Part shown: positions 60,331-64,000 of the stretch, in pieces
Position numbering within the stretch: the stretch's first letter is position 1
Layout: each line of letters opens with the position of its first letter
NCBI GenBank assembly: GCA_013265495.1
Contig: MU057744.1
Coordinates: forward strand, 746,001-810,000
Direction of reading: 5' to 3'
From: Vicugna vicugna
Taxonomy: Eukaryota
Length of the DNA stretch: 64,000 nucleotides
Made by a program: the position numbers and the translations under genes
Notes under the pieces: model-generated
What the model was told of the DNA's origin: nothing
Seen by the model: the letters and a program-made list of their open reading frames with translations, nothing else
Database searches by the model: none

Positions 60331-62093
60331 GGAGTCTCCATCAGTAGTGGTCCCTTTTTAAAGTTCTTTATTTTGAAAAATTTCAAATTTGAGAAAATCT
60401 GGTCAAGATTGCATCCAAAACGCCAATTGTTAATTATTTTGCTACATTTGCTTCGTCTCATTCAACCCCCTTCTGTACATTATTACTATTATTTGTGTAA
60501 CCAGTTGAGAGCAAATTACAGGTCTCATGGCCCCTTTGTGCCTGAGTATTTGATGGGAGGTCTCCTAAGAACGCCGTATTTAGAAAGTTCAATACGGACA
60601 GTCTCATTACCTGAACATGTGGTCCGTATCGCATTTTACCAATTGTCCCAATGACGTTCTTTGTGGTCCTGAACTTTTTGGTGATCCAGGATCTAATCCG
60701 AGGTCACGCATTGCATGTAATTGTCCTATCTCACTAGTCTTTAATCTGAAGCCGACTCAGTCCTTCTTTGTCTTCCATGTTGTTAACAGAACAGGTCGAT
60801 TATCTTGTGGGATGCGTCTCAGTTTAGGTTTGTCTGATTGTTTTCTCAGGATTAGAGCAGGGTTGTGCAATCTGGCAGGAACACTGCAGAACTGACGTGG
60901 CATCACAGCGGGTCCCTCGGCCCCATTACTGGTGGTGTTAACTTTGGTCAGTTGACTGAAGTGGTGTCTGCCAGAGTTCTCCACTTGTATTTTTGTAGAA
61001 AGTAAAATTAACTAGTAATGTCTCCTTAAGCACCAGCATTATTACTCTTGTTATTAATGAAGACTCATTATCTTTCCCCACTTCAGAGTTTGTAAAGCAT
61101 ATTCATGTGTTTAATTCCATTTCCAATCCCTGTGTTTCAAATTTTTCCTTTAATATCAATTTTCTTCTATATTTTTTTCTCTCCAAAATCATTTGTGAGG
61201 GTATTTTTACAACTACATTGTGTTCCAGGACAATGTTTGTCCCAAGACAATACTACAGGAAACTTGGGAGATTAACCTAAAAGGCTTATATTTATAGCCT
61301 CTCAGCTCTGGTTCACAATTTCCTTCTTCCAATAGTGGATTTTCATATTTTAATTTAATCACTGTTTTTTTTTCTAGCTTTAATTGACAAATTCAAATCA
61401 TACACATTTAAGGTGTACAGTGTGATGATCTGCTATATACATACATCATGTAATAATTACCATTATCATATGATAAGCACATCCATCACATTTATCATAA
61501 TTCACACACCTCTCTTTTCACAATTACCATTTTGTGTGTGTTGTGAGAACACTTAAAATCTACTTTCTCAGCAAATTTTAGGTGTACAGTCCACTACTGA
61601 CCAGAGTCACCATGCTGTATATTTGACCCCCAGGACTTACTCACCTTGTAACTGGAAGTGTGTGCCCTCTGGCTGACTGCTCCCCATTTCCCCCACTGTC
61701 CAGCCCCTGGCAACCACCATTCTATGCCCCCTTCTCTGAGAGAACAGCAAAAGCTTTTAACATTGTCACCCATACTCGCCTTAGATGACTCACACGGCTA
61801 TTTCATGGACAATAACAGTGACCTGTGAACTATCTTGTGGTAACCTACAATGAAAAAGAATGTGAAGACAAGTACATGGACGCATATGCCTGCCTGGGAC
61901 ACTGTGCCGCACACCAGAATCGGACACGTTGTAACTGACAGTACTTCAGTTAAAAAAAACAGTGATCTGTGATAGGTCACCCTCATGGCCTAAGCTTCTT
62001 GACTACCACTCCATCTCAGTCAAGTGCAAATAAAGGTATTGTTTTCTCTTAATTCTCTGTTGTTAATAAATGTTCATGATGTCCCGTTTCCAG

Positions 62094-62198
62094 TGGGGTG
62101 GATATAGCTCAGTGGTAGAGCACGTGCTTCACATGCATGAGGTCCTGGGTTCAATCCCACTTAAAAAAAAGAAATAAAAATAAATCTTTAAAAAAAAA
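62094..62198 (+). mobile_element. Vic-1-like SINE
   Basis: atagctcagtggtagagcacgtgcttcacatgcatgaggtcctgggttcaatccc plus A-tail. Confidence 0.85.
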
Positions 62199-63314
62199 TC
62201 GCTTTTTTTAAAAGTCCGATTTCCATGTGGCAAGTTTAGTGCCACAAAACAGAGCAGATCAAATTCACATAATTAAGTAAATTCAGCATAAATTGCAATG
62301 ACTGATGACAATGTACTTTGCTATCTCTGACTGTACTCCGTTACATAGCAAGAAGGTGGTCAGAGCATGATGGCTCATTACTCTGTGTTAGCTAGTTCGG
62401 TGAAAAGTGATTTCAAAAGTGTGTTCTGTACAATCTGTCCTTGTTGGAATGGGATCAAGCAATAGTCACCATTTGGCCTCTGGTTCTGTGTTTGTTGCTA
62501 GACCAACTAGCCACTGAGCAAATGGGTGGGGAACAGATCTAAAATAAAAAATCAAAATTGTAACCCATTTCCTCACAGCCTCAGGTGTGCTTAGGTGGGG
62601 TGAAGTAAAGAATCTGCTGAGCTAGAACTTCAGATCACCCAGTCCGGGGGTACAGGCTACATGCCACGTCCTTGGTGCCTGGATGCTGCGCTTAGAGCCT
62701 GTGCCTTCTGGGAAATACTGCATCATAATGTCTTCTCTGGATAGTTTATCTTTCTGTGCAATAGACTAGACAACTGCCTGCCTGGGATTTTTAAAAAATT
62801 ATTGATGTAGAGCATCAGTTTACAGTGCTGTGCCAATTTCTGGTGCACAGCATAATGTTTCAGTCAGACACGTACACGCAGGTATCCCTTCTCATATTCT
62901 GCTTCATGATAGCTTGCTGCAAGACATTGAATATAGTTCCCTGTGCTCTAGAAGCCTGTTGTTTCTGGGATTATTTTAGAGGGCACAGAAGACGCCTCCA
63001 GTTCCCGATTTACCCACTGGTTTTCGCTTTGTCTGTCAAACTGATGGTTTTCCTTCCGACTTAAAGCAGAGGCCACCCAAGTTTGTGAGTTTTGAAAAGC
63101 ACGTTTTGGCACAGCAAAGAGAATTTCAAGGACTAGAAGAGGTATGGGAGGTTACCAATGAGGACTGGAAAATGAGAGACTGGGGAAACCAGCATGGCCC
63201 CTTTCGTGGTCCCACTGGGGTCAGCCAGGTCTGCCCACTCAAGTGCTGAGGCCAGGGCACATATTTGGTGCTAAGCTTTTTGCTGGGCTAACTGACTCCA
63301 AGTCATTTTATCTA

Positions 63315-63810
63315 GTATTTATGTTGACGTCTTTAATCACCTACACTGATCGTTATTCATTTATTTATTCATTCGTTTATATTTATTAAGTATGAGTTAT
63401 TATTACAAAATATAAAATATATTATATAAAGTATATGACATATATGTTATATATTATGAAATATAAATGTATTATTAAATAAAATGTGTAATGTTATATC
63501 TATGTATATTTATATATACAAACGTAAATTTATATTTACATCTTTAGTAGCCTCTACTGATCATTAATTCATTTACTCGTTTATTCATCAATTTATATTT
63601 ATTATTTATTATTTTATTATATTTATATAATGTATTGTGTGATGTATATTATATATAATAATTACACGTAAATGCATTATTAAATATAAATGTAAATATA
63701 TATTTATTATCATTGCGTATATTTGTATATATAAATGCAAGTTTATATTTACATCTTTAGTAACATACACTGATCGTTTATTCATCGATTTGTTCATTTA
63801 TTCATCAGTT
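63315..63810. repeat. AT-rich low-complexity region with an approximately 212-bp imperfect periodicity
   Basis: Motif tttatatttacatctttagt..actgatc..ttattcat recurs near 63318, 63530 and 63742. Confidence 0.7.
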
Positions 63811-64000
63811 ACTAAGTACTGAGCACTACCTGACACTGTTCTCGGCCCTGGGCGCACGGAGAACCACGCATGCTGGTGAGGAAGACGGACCGTCATGGGG
63901 TGAATAAGCAGCTATGCGCTGTGTCAGGTGGTGATGAGTGGAGGTGCTGCGAGTGAACACAATTTAGGAAGGAGATTAGGGGAAGGGTTTACCGAGGGAC

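Overview
Mammalian genomic DNA, very likely a camelid (Camelus/Vicugna/Lama), judged from about 12 copies of a short tRNA-Ala-like SINE resembling Vic-1. The window holds the promoter CpG island and the first 12 coding exons of NID1 (nidogen-1/entactin) on the minus strand. The ATG is at 54511 and exon 12 ends at 4413; this is 2518 coding nt with all GT-AG junctions in phase, and the rest of the gene lies beyond the left edge. Introns and upstream DNA are filled with SINEs, L1 3' fragments, LTRs and old hAT DNA transposons. The main unexpected element is a decayed CHMP1B-family processed pseudogene in intron 1, antisense to NID1 (about 46163-48129). It is fused to an L1 fragment at its 5' end and was later split by two L1 pieces and a solo LTR. 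Smaller items: a second RGD in the NID1 G1-G2 linker, a duplicated exon 5 splice donor, a DR1-type nuclear-receptor half-site array, a perfect 73-bp duplication in the CpG island, and AT-to-GC-biased decay of repeats. I found no evidence for a wholly new biological system. Repeat family names and comparisons with human sequences come from memory, not from a database search.
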